Shown in pieces: positions 24,146-33,972 of a stretch of DNA of 64,000 bases. How positions within the stretch are numbered: the first letter of the stretch is position 1; each line of letters begins with the position of its first letter. Under the pieces are notes generated by a model. It saw nothing but the letters and a program-made list of their open reading frames with translations. It did not search any database and was not told the origin of the DNA. The DNA is from Candidatus Bipolaricaulia bacterium (GTDB lineage Bacteria; Bipolaricaulota; Bipolaricaulia; RBG-16-55-9). The position numbers and the translations under genes were made by a program. The stretch spans positions 32,001 through 96,000 of the forward strand of contig JBDGQO010000033.1 in the NCBI GenBank assembly GCA_042219045.1, in the 5' to 3' direction.

Positions 24146-25713
24146 GCGTGCACAAATCCCATGAACAAGGGTCGAGGTGAGGTCGGACGCGACTTGAACT
24201 CCGGATGGAACTGGGACGCGATGAAAAAGGGATGATCGGGAATTTCTGCGATCTCCATGCGGCGTCCGTCGGTCGAGGCGCCGGAGAAGCGCAGGCCGGC
24301 ATCTTCGAGCCACGGGATGTAGTCCGGATGGACCTCGAAGCGATGGCGATGGCGCTCCTCGATCGTCTCGGCGTCGTAGAGCGCGTGCGCGAGCGTGTCG
24401 GGCTTGAGGTGGACGGGATACGACCCGAGCCGCATGGTGGCGCCCTTGTCGGCCAGATGGCGTTGCTCCGGCATCAGGTCGATCACGGGATGCTCCGCGT
24501 CGCGTTCGAACTCGGTGCTGTTGGATCCCTGGAACCCCAAGACGTTGCGGGCAAACTCGACGACCGCCATTTGGAACCCATAACAGATCCCGAGAAACGG
24601 AAACCCGTTCTCGCGCGCGTAGCGGATTGCGTCGATCTTGCCTTCGGCGCCACGATGGCCGAAGCCGACGGGCACGATCACGCCGTCGACGTCCTCGAGC
24701 CAGGCGTCGCGATACTCGTCGGCCTCGATCCAGACGATCTCCGTACTCGCTTGGTGGTGAGCCGACGCGTGGCCCAAGGCCTCGACGTAGCTGACGTAGC
24801 TGTCGCGCAGATCAGTGTATTTGCCCACAAGCGCGATGCGGAGCCCGTGCTCGGGGTGCTGGGCTTTGTGGAGGTAGTCGCGCCACTCGCTCAGGTCGTG
24901 TTCGTTCGGAAACAGTTCCAGTCGCCCCATCAAGTAGTCCGTCAGGCCTTGTTCCTCGAAGACGAGCGGGACGTCGTAGACGAGGTCGACGTCGTGATGA
25001 CTGACGACGGCCTCCCCCGGAACGTCGCAGAACAGCGCGATCTTTTCCTTGATGGCGACGCTCAACGGCGCGTCGCTGCGGCCCAGGATGATGTCGGGTT
25101 GGATGCCGATCGCGCGCAGCTCCTTGACCGAATGTTGTGTCGGCTTTGTCTTGTGCTCGCCCACGGCCCCGAGTTGGGGAACGAGCGTCGTGTGGGCAAA
25201 GGCGACGTGGGCGTCGCCGAGCTCCTGGTGCATCTGCCGGATGGCCTCCAGGAAGGGCATGCTCTCGATGTCGCCGACGGTGCCGCCGAGCTCGACGATC
25301 ATGACGTCGGCTTGGGTCTGGTCCTCCACCCGCCGAATGGCGGCCTTGATCTCGTCCGTCACGTGGGGAATGATCTGGACCGTCTCGCCCAAATACTCGC
25401 CGCGACGTTCCTTTTCGATGACCGTCTTGTAGACCTTGCCCGTGGTAATATTGTGATCGCTGGTGAGGTCTTGGTGCAGGAACCGCTCGTAGCTGCCGAG
25501 GTCCATGTCGACCTCGCCGCCGTCGTCCAGGACGAAGACTTCCCCGTGCTGATAGGGGTTCATCGTGCCGGCGTCGCAGTTGAGATAGGGATCGATCTTG
25601 ACGGCCGTGACGCTGAGGCCCCGGGCTTTCAAGAGCCGTCCCAGCGAGGCGGTGGCAATCCCCTTGCCCAGTCCAGACAGCACGCCGCCGGTCATGAAGA
25701 GGTATTTGGTCAT
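24073..25713 (-). CDS. pyrG: CTP synthase
   Basis: [38 protein letters not shown]. Confidence 0.97.
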   Translation of the reverse strand: MTKYLFMTGGVLSGLGKGIATASLGRLLKARGLSVTAVKIDPYLNCDAGTMNPYQHGEVFVLDDGGEVDMDLGSYERFLHQDLTSDHNITTGKVYKTVIEKERRGEYLGETVQIIPHVTDEIKAAIRRVEDQTQADVMIVELGGTVGDIESMPFLEAIRQMHQELGDAHVAFAHTTLVPQLGAVGEHKTKPTQHSVKELRAIGIQPDIILGRSDAPLSVAIKEKIALFCDVPGEAVVSHHDVDLVYDVPLVFEEQGLTDYLMGRLELFPNEHDLSEWRDYLHKAQHPEHGLRIALVGKYTDLRDSYVSYVEALGHASAHHQASTEIVWIEADEYRDAWLEDVDGVIVPVGFGHRGAEGKIDAIRYARENGFPFLGICYGFQMAVVEFARNVLGFQGSNSTEFERDAEHPVIDLMPEQRHLADKGATMRLGSYPVHLKPDTLAHALYDAETIEERHRHRFEVHPDYIPWLEDAGLRFSGASTDGRRMEIAEIPDHPFFIASQFHPEFKSRPTSPRPLFMGFVHACLHQSGQPTSSAPDPDDVAARSS

Positions 25714-25812
25714 GGTGGGGTCACTCGCCGCATTATAGGCGGCCCGATGGGGCCCATCAAGGAGGCCCGTCGCTCGGGCGCTGAGCGCGGATCGTTCGAC
25801 CGAGGCAGAGCG

Positions 25813-26451
25813 TCACTCGGCCTTGATCGCCAGAGCGATGCCGTCGCGCAGCGGGACGATCATCGATTCCAGTTCGGGCCGATCGGTCACGAAGCGATTA
25901 AATTCGCGCATCGCTTGGACCATGGCGTCGCCGCCATCGGCCTCGGCCACCTCGCCCATGCGCAACACGTTGTCGGCCAGAATGACGCCGCCGGGCGCGA
26001 TCTTCGGCATGGCCGCCTCGAGAAACTCTTGGTACTGCTCCTTCTCGTGGTCGATGAAGCACAGGTCGAAGGGCCCATCCAGGGACTGCAGCGATTTGAG
26101 CGCGTCGCCCACGACGATGTCGACGCGCTCGCTCACCCCGCCCTCTTCGAGATTGGCCCGCGCGATCTCGGCCATGTCCGGACTGGCGTCGAGCGTCGTG
26201 ATGCGGCCGTTCCAGGCCTGCGTCGCACGGGCGAACCAGAGGGACGTGTAGCCGATCGCCGTTCCGGCTTCCAGGATCTGGGACGATCGCTGGATTTTGG
26301 CGATAGTGTGGAGAAACTGGCCGCCGACCGGGCCGATGATCGGCACGTCGTGCTCGTCGGCATAGGCCTCCATACGGCGCATCAACTCGTCGCGCTCCGG
26401 CGTCAGCTTCGCGATGTAATCCTCGACGTATTCGGCCGTGATGCCGCGCAT
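25813..26451 (-). CDS. Class I SAM-dependent O-methyltransferase (family 3)
   Basis: ILEAGTAIGY, FDLCFID..K, ADNVL. Confidence 0.9.
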   Translation of the reverse strand: MRGITAEYVEDYIAKLTPERDELMRRMEAYADEHDVPIIGPVGGQFLHTIAKIQRSSQILEAGTAIGYTSLWFARATQAWNGRITTLDASPDMAEIARANLEEGGVSERVDIVVGDALKSLQSLDGPFDLCFIDHEKEQYQEFLEAAMPKIAPGGVILADNVLRMGEVAEADGGDAMVQAMREFNRFVTDRPELESMIVPLRDGIALAIKAE

Positions 26452-26486
26452 CGGATTTCCTCCTTCTTGTCTGGTCGGCCCCTCGC

Positions 26487-27635
26487 TCAGATCTTGCCGA
26501 GCAGGGCCCGCGCGATGATCAGCCTCTGCACCTCGCTGGTGCCCTCATATAGCTCGGTGATCTTGGCGTCGCGGTAGAACCGCTCCACGGGATACTCCTT
26601 GATAAACCCGTAGCCGCCGTGGATCTGCAGCGCCTCGTTGGCGACTTCGCGGGCCACTCGTGAGGCAAACAGCTTCGCCATGGAAGCTTCCTTGGCCGGG
26701 TTGCCGCCCTCGGCGATCTGCCACGCGGCCCGATAGGTCAGCAGCCGGGCGGCGTCGATGTCGGTCGCCATGTCGGCCAGCTTGAACTGGGTCGATTGGA
26801 AGTCGACGACGGCGCGGCCGAACTGCTCGCGCTCCTGCGCATACCCGAACGCCTCGTCGAACGCGCCCTGGGCGATGCCGACGGCCTGGGCCGCTACCGC
26901 CACGCGCCCCCGGCTGAAGAACTGCATGAGCTGATAGAAGCCCATGTCGGGTTGGCCGATGATGTTCGCGGCCGGAACGCGGACGTCCTCCAACGTGATC
27001 TCGGCCAGGTCGGAGGCGCGAATGCCGAGCTTCTTCTTCAAGGGCTCGGCCGTGAACCCCTCGCGATCGGCCTCCACGATAAACGCGGTGATGCCCATGT
27101 GGCGATCGGGTGGGTCGGGATTGGTGCGGGCAAAGACGATGAGGAAGTCGGCAATCGCCCCGTTGGTGATGAACATTTTCTGGCCGTTGAGGACGTACTC
27201 GTCCCCGTCTTGTTCGGCCTTGGTGGACATGCTGGCGACGTCGGAGCCGGCCTCGGGCTCGGTGATGGCCGAGCCCATCACTTGATCGCCGCTGGCCACC
27301 GGGACCAAGTATCGCTGTTTCTGCTCGTCCGTGCCGAACTCCAAGAGCATGTCGCTGCCGAACGGGCGGGCCGTGATCGCCAGGCCGATGCCGGGATCCC
27401 CGCAGAACAGCTCCTCGATCGCGATCGTCTGGGCGAGGTAGTCCATGCCGGCGCCGCCGTACTCGGTCGGCAGCGCGGGCGCGATCAGGTCGAGTTCCTT
27501 GGCTTTTTCGACCGCCTCTTGGGGATACGTGGAGTGCTCGTCGCACTCGTCGGCGGCCGGGCGCATGACCTCCTCGGCGAACTGTCGGGCCGTCTTGCGG
27601 AGCAGGCGGTGCTCCTCGCTCAATTGGAAATCCAT
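26487..27635 (-). CDS. Acyl-CoA dehydrogenase
   Basis: ITEPEAGSD, NGQKMFITNG, REQFG, QIHGGYG, YEGTSE; start trimmed to MDFQL with GGAGG RBS. Confidence 0.95.
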   Translation of the reverse strand: MDFQLSEEHRLLRKTARQFAEEVMRPAADECDEHSTYPQEAVEKAKELDLIAPALPTEYGGAGMDYLAQTIAIEELFCGDPGIGLAITARPFGSDMLLEFGTDEQKQRYLVPVASGDQVMGSAITEPEAGSDVASMSTKAEQDGDEYVLNGQKMFITNGAIADFLIVFARTNPDPPDRHMGITAFIVEADREGFTAEPLKKKLGIRASDLAEITLEDVRVPAANIIGQPDMGFYQLMQFFSRGRVAVAAQAVGIAQGAFDEAFGYAQEREQFGRAVVDFQSTQFKLADMATDIDAARLLTYRAAWQIAEGGNPAKEASMAKLFASRVAREVANEALQIHGGYGFIKEYPVERFYRDAKITELYEGTSEVQRLIIARALLGKI

Positions 27636-27664
27636 CGACCCACCTCCGATGCCGGATACGGGGA

Positions 27665-27730
27665 ATTGTACGGACGGGGCCAGAAGCGCGTCAACGCGCT
27701 GTTGAAAGCGATTCGCAGCTCTGCTATCCT
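27665..27730. promoter_or_regulatory. Back-to-back sigma70 promoters (acyl-CoA dehydrogenase / miaB)
   Basis: Minus strand TTGACG-18-TACAAT; plus strand TTGAAA-17-TATCCT with TGn extension. Confidence 0.55.
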
Positions 27731-27759
27731 GCATCCCATCCGAAATCGGGGGATTAACC

Positions 27760-29115
27760 ATGACGCAGAAGCGCGCGTTCGTGCGGACCTGGGGCTGCCA
27801 GATGAACGAGCACAAGAGCGAGGGGATCGCCGGGCTCCTGGCCGACGAGGGCTACCAACTCGTCGACCGGGCCGAGGACGCCGACGTCGTCATCTTTAAC
27901 ACCTGCATGGTCCGCGAAAAGCCCGAACAGAAGGTCTACTCCGAGGCCGGCACCATCCGGAATCTGAAAGAGAAGAACCCGGACATGATGCTCGGGGTCG
28001 GCGGCTGCGTCGCCCAAGCCATGGGCGAGAAGATCGCCGAGCGCAGCCCGACGGTCGACTTCGTCTTCGGCAGCTCCAACATCACCGACATTCCCCGACT
28101 CATCCGCGAGGCCGAGGCACGTCGCGAAAACGGAAATGGCAAGCGCGACGAGCCCGTCATGGCGATCTCCAAGATCCCCGATCGGATCGAGGACACGCCC
28201 TTCATTCGCCATAGCTCGTTCCAGGGGAAGGTCACGATCACCGAAGGCTGTTCCAACTTCTGTTCCTTCTGCGTGGTTCCCTACACGACGGGGCTGCTGC
28301 GCAGTCGCTATCCCGGCGAGGTCATCCAGGAAGTGAGCGAACTGGCCGAGCAGAATTTTCAAGAAGTCCAGTTGCTCGGGCAGAATGTGGACTCCTATGG
28401 CAATGACCTGGATGATCCGGACATCACGTTCGCCAAGCTGTTGGACGCGCTCACGGCGATCGACATTCCCCGGATCCGCTTCACGAGTTCGCATCCGCAG
28501 GACATCACGCCCGACGTTATCGACGTGATCAGCCGGCCGAACAACGTCTGCGAGCACGTCCACATGGCCGTCCAAGCCGGCAGCGATCGAGTGTTGGAAG
28601 CCATGCGGCGCGGCTACACCAAAGACGAGTTTTTGCGCATCGTCGACGACCTCAAGGCCAGCGTCCCCGGCGCCAACGTCACCACCGACATCATCGTCGG
28701 GTTCCCCACGGAAACCGAAGAGGATTTCAAGGAAACCGTCGATCTCGTTCGGAAGGCCCGCTTCGGCGGCGCGTTCATCTTCAAGTACTCGCCGCGACCC
28801 GGGACGATCAGCTACTACAAGTACGAGGACGACGTCCCCGACGAGCAGAAGCAACGGCGGCTGGAGCACCTGCTCGACCTCCAGAAGAGCATCACGGATG
28901 AGGAGAACCGACAACGCGTCGGCGAAACCTTGGAAGTGCTCGTCGAAGGCCCGGCCAAGCGCAAGAACGACAGCCCCCATCGCTACCTCGGCAAGACCCG
29001 CGACAACCGGACCGTCCTCTTCGAGGGTTGCGAGGACATGGTCGGCTCCAGGGTCAATGTGGAAGTCGACGAGGGCAGCGTCGCCGGCTTAGTTGGCCGC
29101 GTGGTCGCCGACTGA
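27760..29115 (+). CDS. miaB: tRNA-2-methylthio-N6-dimethylallyladenosine synthase
   Basis: TWGCQMN, NTCMVRE, CSNFCSFC radical SAM motif, C-terminal TRAM. Confidence 0.93.
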   Translation: MTQKRAFVRTWGCQMNEHKSEGIAGLLADEGYQLVDRAEDADVVIFNTCMVREKPEQKVYSEAGTIRNLKEKNPDMMLGVGGCVAQAMGEKIAERSPTVDFVFGSSNITDIPRLIREAEARRENGNGKRDEPVMAISKIPDRIEDTPFIRHSSFQGKVTITEGCSNFCSFCVVPYTTGLLRSRYPGEVIQEVSELAEQNFQEVQLLGQNVDSYGNDLDDPDITFAKLLDALTAIDIPRIRFTSSHPQDITPDVIDVISRPNNVCEHVHMAVQAGSDRVLEAMRRGYTKDEFLRIVDDLKASVPGANVTTDIIVGFPTETEEDFKETVDLVRKARFGGAFIFKYSPRPGTISYYKYEDDVPDEQKQRRLEHLLDLQKSITDEENRQRVGETLEVLVEGPAKRKNDSPHRYLGKTRDNRTVLFEGCEDMVGSRVNVEVDEGSVAGLVGRVVAD

Positions 29116-29149
29116 AGCGGGCATGCCCGCTTGATACAATTTTACCAAT

Positions 29150-30250
29150 ATGATGACCCCCATTGAACGACGCCAGTCCCGTGTGGTCCACGTCGGCGAC
29201 GTCCCGATCGGCGGCGATCACCCCATTGCCGTCCAGTCGATGACCACCGTCGACACGCGTGACGCCCAGGCCTCCGTGGATCAGATCCACGACATGGAGC
29301 AAGCGGGCTGCGAGATCGTCCGCGTGTCCGTGCTCAACATGGACGCGGCGTATAACCTGGGCGAGATCAAGCGCCAGATCAACATTCCCCTTGTGTCCGA
29401 TATCCACTTTGATCATCGACTGGCATTGGAAGCGATCCGGCAGGGCATTGACAAAGTCCGCCTCAATCCGGGCAACATCCAGAAACCCGACAAGATCAAG
29501 GAAGTCGTTCAGGCCGCGAAGGACGCGGGCATTCCCATCCGCGTCGGCGTCAACTCCGGGTCCCTGCCCAAGGACCTCTTGATTAAGCACGAGGGCGCGA
29601 CGCCGGAGGCCATGGTCGAGGCCGGGCTCCGTGAGATCGAGATCCTGGAGAACGAAGGCTTTAAGGACATCGTCATCTCGCTCAAGTCGACCGACGTCCG
29701 CATCATGATCGGGGCGTATCGGCTCATGGCCGAACGGGTCGATTACCCGCTCCATTTGGGTGTCACCGAGTCGGGCATGGGCGACGAGGGCGTCGCCAAG
29801 AGTTCGCTCGGCATCGGGTCGCTGTTGGAGCAGGGCATCGGCGACACGTTGCGGGTCTCGCTCACGGGCGATCCGACGCGCGAGGTGAAGGTCGCCTATC
29901 ACATCCTCGGCGCGCTCAATCTCCGATGGCGCGGCGTCCAGTTCAGTTCCTGCCCCACATGCGGACGAATCGGGATCAACTTGGAAAAGATCGTGACCGA
30001 GGCCCAAGAGCGCCTGGAGGGCGTGCAAGCCCCCATCAAGGTCTCGCTGATCGGCTGTGTCGTCAACGGCATCGGCGAGGCGGGCCATTCCCACATCGGC
30101 CTGGTCGGCTACGACCAATCGGGCACGCTGTTCAAGGACGGCGAGCCCGTGCGGCAGCGGATTCCCGAGGATCAACTCGTGGATGAGCTGGTCGACCTGG
30201 TCCACGAGTACGAGGCAGAGCTGGAATCGGCCAACGGCCAAAGCAGCTGA
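29150..30250 (+). CDS. ispG: HMBPP synthase
   Basis: VQSMT, DIHF, RLNPGN, HLGVTE, SCPTCGR, GCVVNG.GE. Confidence 0.97.
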   Translation: MMTPIERRQSRVVHVGDVPIGGDHPIAVQSMTTVDTRDAQASVDQIHDMEQAGCEIVRVSVLNMDAAYNLGEIKRQINIPLVSDIHFDHRLALEAIRQGIDKVRLNPGNIQKPDKIKEVVQAAKDAGIPIRVGVNSGSLPKDLLIKHEGATPEAMVEAGLREIEILENEGFKDIVISLKSTDVRIMIGAYRLMAERVDYPLHLGVTESGMGDEGVAKSSLGIGSLLEQGIGDTLRVSLTGDPTREVKVAYHILGALNLRWRGVQFSSCPTCGRIGINLEKIVTEAQERLEGVQAPIKVSLIGCVVNGIGEAGHSHIGLVGYDQSGTLFKDGEPVRQRIPEDQLVDELVDLVHEYEAELESANGQSS

Positions 30251-30286
30251 CGCGTGCAGACGAGCCGACGGCCAAGGCCATGTGCC

Positions 30287-30544
30287 ATGGTCCAATTGAG
30301 GACGATGCTCTGGAAGATCGGGGTCAACATTGCCGCGGTCGTGTTGATCATCGCCGGGATCATTCTCGGCCCGCTCCCCGTGCTGCCGGGATCGCCGCTC
30401 GTGATCGCCGGCATTCTCATGCTGAACTTCAAGGGCAAGAAGACGCTTTTGCTCAAGATCGGCCGGACGCGACCGATGCAGTGGGTTATGGCTCGGTCAC
30501 CGCAACTGGCAACGTTCTGGCAGAAGATGGGCCTACGTCCTTGA
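30287..30544 (+). CDS. Small membrane protein (PGPGW-like hairpin)
   Basis: Two hydrophobic segments around GPLPVLPGSP; basic C-terminus. Confidence 0.6.
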   Translation: MVQLRTMLWKIGVNIAAVVLIIAGIILGPLPVLPGSPLVIAGILMLNFKGKKTLLLKIGRTRPMQWVMARSPQLATFWQKMGLRP

Positions 30545-30569
30545 CGCCTGCCTTGTTACGATCTATACT
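30541..30569 (+). promoter_or_regulatory. Sigma70-type promoter
   Basis: TTGACG-17 bp-TATACT. Confidence 0.6.
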
Positions 30570-30587
30570 CAGGTGCCCTTGCGGAAT

Positions 30588-31223
30588 ATGGCCGTATCAG
30601 CGATCGTTCCGGCGTACAATGAGTCAGACCGCCTTGAGAGCGTGATTGAGCCTCTCAAGGCCGCGCCGTCCGTGGACGAGGTCGTCGTCGCCGACGACGG
30701 ATCGATCGACGACACCGTCGGAGTTGCCCAGGCCCTCGGCGTACGTGTCGTGGAGCTCGGCGAGAATCTGGGCAAGGCGGCTGCGCTCGACGTGGGCGTG
30801 AAGGCGGCCCGCAACGAGACGCTCCTGTTTCTGGATGCGGACCTCATCGGTCTCAGGCCGGAGCACGTCGAGCTGTTAGCGCGCGTCTATGAGGAGAAGT
30901 CGCCCCACATGGTCGTCGGCGTCTTTAAAAGCGGCCGTCTCAACACGGACCTCTCGCAGAGCATCGCCCCGTATCTGTCGGGGCAGCGCGTCCTCTCGCG
31001 CCGCCTTTGGGAGCGGCTGTTGGAGCGGGAGTCGCTCGAGTTCGGCGTGGAAATGGCGCTCACGAAGCTCTCGCTCAAGGAGGACTGGCACGAGGAGCGG
31101 GTCTATCTCGAGGGCGTTACTCACGTCATGAAGGAGGAGAAGCGCGGATTCTCCGAAGGGTTTCGCCAGCGCATCACGATGTACGGCGACATCCTGCGCT
31201 CGTTCTTCAGCCGCACCGGCTGA
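30588..31223 (+). CDS. Glycosyltransferase family 2
   Basis: IVPAYNE, DDGS.D, NLGKA, FLDAD, LSGQR. Confidence 0.9.
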   Translation: MAVSAIVPAYNESDRLESVIEPLKAAPSVDEVVVADDGSIDDTVGVAQALGVRVVELGENLGKAAALDVGVKAARNETLLFLDADLIGLRPEHVELLARVYEEKSPHMVVGVFKSGRLNTDLSQSIAPYLSGQRVLSRRLWERLLERESLEFGVEMALTKLSLKEDWHEERVYLEGVTHVMKEEKRGFSEGFRQRITMYGDILRSFFSRTG

Positions 31224-31259
31224 CAACGCCCTCCGATTTCGGTACGCTAAAAAAGCATT

Positions 31260-32504
31260 ATGGACTCATCGTCTGTCGGCCACATGGCCGAGACCGATCC
31301 CCAAATCCATCAGGCCTTTCAGGACGAGCTGGCCCGCCAGCAAGGGACCGTGGAGTTGATCGCCTCGGAGAACTTCGCCAGCCCCGCGGTTCTGGAAGCG
31401 CAGGGCTCGGTGCTGACCAACAAATACGCCGAAGGCTATCCGGGCCGCCGTTATTACGCCGGCTGTGAGCACGTCGATCGGGTCGAAAAGTTAGCGCGCG
31501 AGCGGCTCTGTGAGCTGTTCGGGGCGGATCACGCCAACGTGCAACCCCATTCGGGATCCCAAGCGAACATGGCCGTCTATTTCGCGGTCTTGAATCCCGG
31601 CGACACGATCCTGAGCATGGCCTTGGACCATGGCGGGCACCTCTCGCACGGCCATCCGGTCAACTTCGCCGGCCAGTTCTACAACGTCGTTAGCTACGGG
31701 GTGGATCGCGACACCGAACGCATCGATTACGAGGCGTTGCGCCATCGAGCATTGGAGGCCCGGCCGACCTTGATCGTGGCGGGTGCCAGTGCCTATCCGC
31801 GCACGATCGACTTCGCGCGGATGCGGGCCATTGCCGACGAGGTCGGCGCCTATCTTATGGCCGACATCGCCCACATCGCTGGCTTGTGTGCCGCGGGGGC
31901 GCATCCCTCGCCCGTGCCCCATGCCCATTTCGTCACCACGACGACCCACAAGACGCTCCGCGGCCCGCGCGGCGGCGCCGTCCTCTGTCATGCCGACCTG
32001 GCGAAGCAGCTCGACAAGACCGTCTTCCCCGGCATCCAGGGCGGGCCGCTCATGCACGTGATTGGCGCCAAGGCGGTGGCGTTCCAGGAGGCATTGAGCA
32101 AGACGTTCGAGCAGTACCAGCATCGCATTGTGGAGAACGCACGGGCGCTGGCGGCGGCGCTGGCCGAGCGCGGGTACCGGCTCGTCTCGGGCGGCACCGA
32201 CAATCACCTTGTGCTCGTCGATCTCCGGCCGAAGGGAATCACGGGGGCCGATGCCGAAGCCCTCCTCGAGGCGGTCGGCATCACGGCCAACAAGAACGCC
32301 ATCCCCTTCGATCCGGAAACGCCCAAGGTCACCAGCGGCATTCGTCTGGGCACGCCGGCGGTCACGACCCGGGGCATGGACGCCGAGGCCATGTCGCGCA
32401 TCGGCGCGTTGATCGATCGGGCCTTGTGCGGGGAATCTCCGGATCAGCTCCGCTGCGACGTCCAAGAGCTTTGCGCGGCGTTCCCGCTTTACGTGGGCGG
32501 ATAA
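31260..32504 (+). CDS. glyA: Serine hydroxymethyltransferase
   Basis: [29 protein letters not shown]. Confidence 0.98.
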   Translation: MDSSSVGHMAETDPQIHQAFQDELARQQGTVELIASENFASPAVLEAQGSVLTNKYAEGYPGRRYYAGCEHVDRVEKLARERLCELFGADHANVQPHSGSQANMAVYFAVLNPGDTILSMALDHGGHLSHGHPVNFAGQFYNVVSYGVDRDTERIDYEALRHRALEARPTLIVAGASAYPRTIDFARMRAIADEVGAYLMADIAHIAGLCAAGAHPSPVPHAHFVTTTTHKTLRGPRGGAVLCHADLAKQLDKTVFPGIQGGPLMHVIGAKAVAFQEALSKTFEQYQHRIVENARALAAALAERGYRLVSGGTDNHLVLVDLRPKGITGADAEALLEAVGITANKNAIPFDPETPKVTSGIRLGTPAVTTRGMDAEAMSRIGALIDRALCGESPDQLRCDVQELCAAFPLYVGG

Positions 32505-32506
32505 GC

Positions 32507-32535
32507 TTGTCAGCTTACAGAAAGCAAGCTATAAT
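32507..32535 (+). promoter_or_regulatory. Sigma70 promoter of rho-murA-hflX
   Basis: TTGTCA-17 bp-TATAAT. Confidence 0.75.
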
Positions 32536-32652
32536 ACGAGTCTAGGTGAGAGTTGCCCATCCAATCACTTTCGTACATTCCGTCGTGCCGATGATTCAGG
32601 CGGCCCCAGTTATCAGCCCCCACTCGCCGCCCGATGAGGAGGTATCGTCCCC

Positions 32653-33966
32653 ATGGACATCAGCGACTTGAGAGCCAAAAGCATCAAAGAGCTGCGGGAG
32701 ATCGCCCAAGATCACGGCCTCAACGGCCTCTCGCAGATGAAGAAGGAGGAGCTTGTCTGGTCGATCCTGGAGGTGCTCACGGAAAAGGAAGGCCTGAGCA
32801 TCAAGAACGGCGTGTTGGAGATCTTGCCTGACGGTTATGGGTTCCTGCGGGATAAGTCGTGTCTGCCGGGCAAGAACGACATTTACGTGTCGCCGTCCCA
32901 GATCAAGCGGTTCGGACTCAAGGACGGCGACATCGTCCGCGGCAAGGTCCGTCCGCCCAAGGACGACGAAAAATATTACGCGCTGCTCAAGGTCCAGGAG
33001 ATCAACTTCGACGAGCCAGACAATATTCGGAACCGGACCGATTTTTCCGATCTGACGCCATATCACCCCACGGAGCAGCTCCACCTGGAGTACAACGGCG
33101 AGGAGTACTCCACCCGGATCATGGACCTGTTCGCTCCCATCGGCAAGGGCCAGCGCGGCCTGATCGTCTCCCCACCAAAGGCGGGCAAGACGACCCTCTT
33201 GAAAGACATCGCCCACGGCATCATGTACAACCAGCCGGAGGCCTACCTCATCGTGCTGCTCGTGGACGAGCGGCCGGAAGAGGTCACCGACATTAAGCTC
33301 TCCCTGGAGCAGGGGGCCAACAACCTGAATCACGAGCCTGAGGTCGTCTCGGCGACGTTCGACCAGAAGCCGGAAATCCACGCCCGCATCTCCGAGCTCG
33401 TCATCGACAAGGCCAAGCGCCTGACCGAACACGGCATGGACGTCGTCGTCCTCATGGACTCCATCACGCGCCTGGCACGCGCCTACAACCTCAGCGTCAC
33501 CCCCAGCGGCAAGCTCCTCTCAGGCGGCATGGATCCGACGGCCTTGTATAAGCCGAAGGAGTTCTTCGGGGCGGCTCGGGCGATCGTCGACCTCAACGAG
33601 GAGGAAGACGAGCGGGGCTATCCCTCCAGCTTCGGCAGCTTGACGATTCTGGGCACCGCGCTCGTCGACACGGGCTCGCGGCTCGATCAGGTCGTGTTCG
33701 AGGAGTTCAAGGGCACGGGCAACATGGAACTCGTCCTGGACCGAAACTTGGCCAATCGCCGCGTCTTCCCCGCCATCGACCTCGAGATGACCGGCACGCG
33801 CAAGGAGGAGATGCTCCTTGACGAGGACATCCTTCGTCGTGTCTGGATCTTGCGCAAGATGATCGGCGACATGAACGACAAGCAAAAAGCCCTCGGCTTC
33901 ATCCTCAGCGAGATGGCCAAAACCGAGACCAACGAGCAATTCCTGAACAACATGGCCAGCGGATAG
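32653..33966 (+). CDS. rho: Transcription termination factor Rho
   Basis: DGYGFLR, PIGKGQR, PPKAGKT, DERPEEVT, EEFKGTGNME. Confidence 0.98.
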   Translation: MDISDLRAKSIKELREIAQDHGLNGLSQMKKEELVWSILEVLTEKEGLSIKNGVLEILPDGYGFLRDKSCLPGKNDIYVSPSQIKRFGLKDGDIVRGKVRPPKDDEKYYALLKVQEINFDEPDNIRNRTDFSDLTPYHPTEQLHLEYNGEEYSTRIMDLFAPIGKGQRGLIVSPPKAGKTTLLKDIAHGIMYNQPEAYLIVLLVDERPEEVTDIKLSLEQGANNLNHEPEVVSATFDQKPEIHARISELVIDKAKRLTEHGMDVVVLMDSITRLARAYNLSVTPSGKLLSGGMDPTALYKPKEFFGAARAIVDLNEEEDERGYPSSFGSLTILGTALVDTGSRLDQVVFEEFKGTGNMELVLDRNLANRRVFPAIDLEMTGTRKEEMLLDEDILRRVWILRKMIGDMNDKQKALGFILSEMAKTETNEQFLNNMASG

Positions 33967-33972
33967 CTGGGC

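Noticed and set aside
29115..29132. Perfect palindrome AAGCGGGCATGCCCGCTT between miaB and ispG
   Set aside because: It could be a terminator or an operator, but there is no second copy or U-tract to decide between them.
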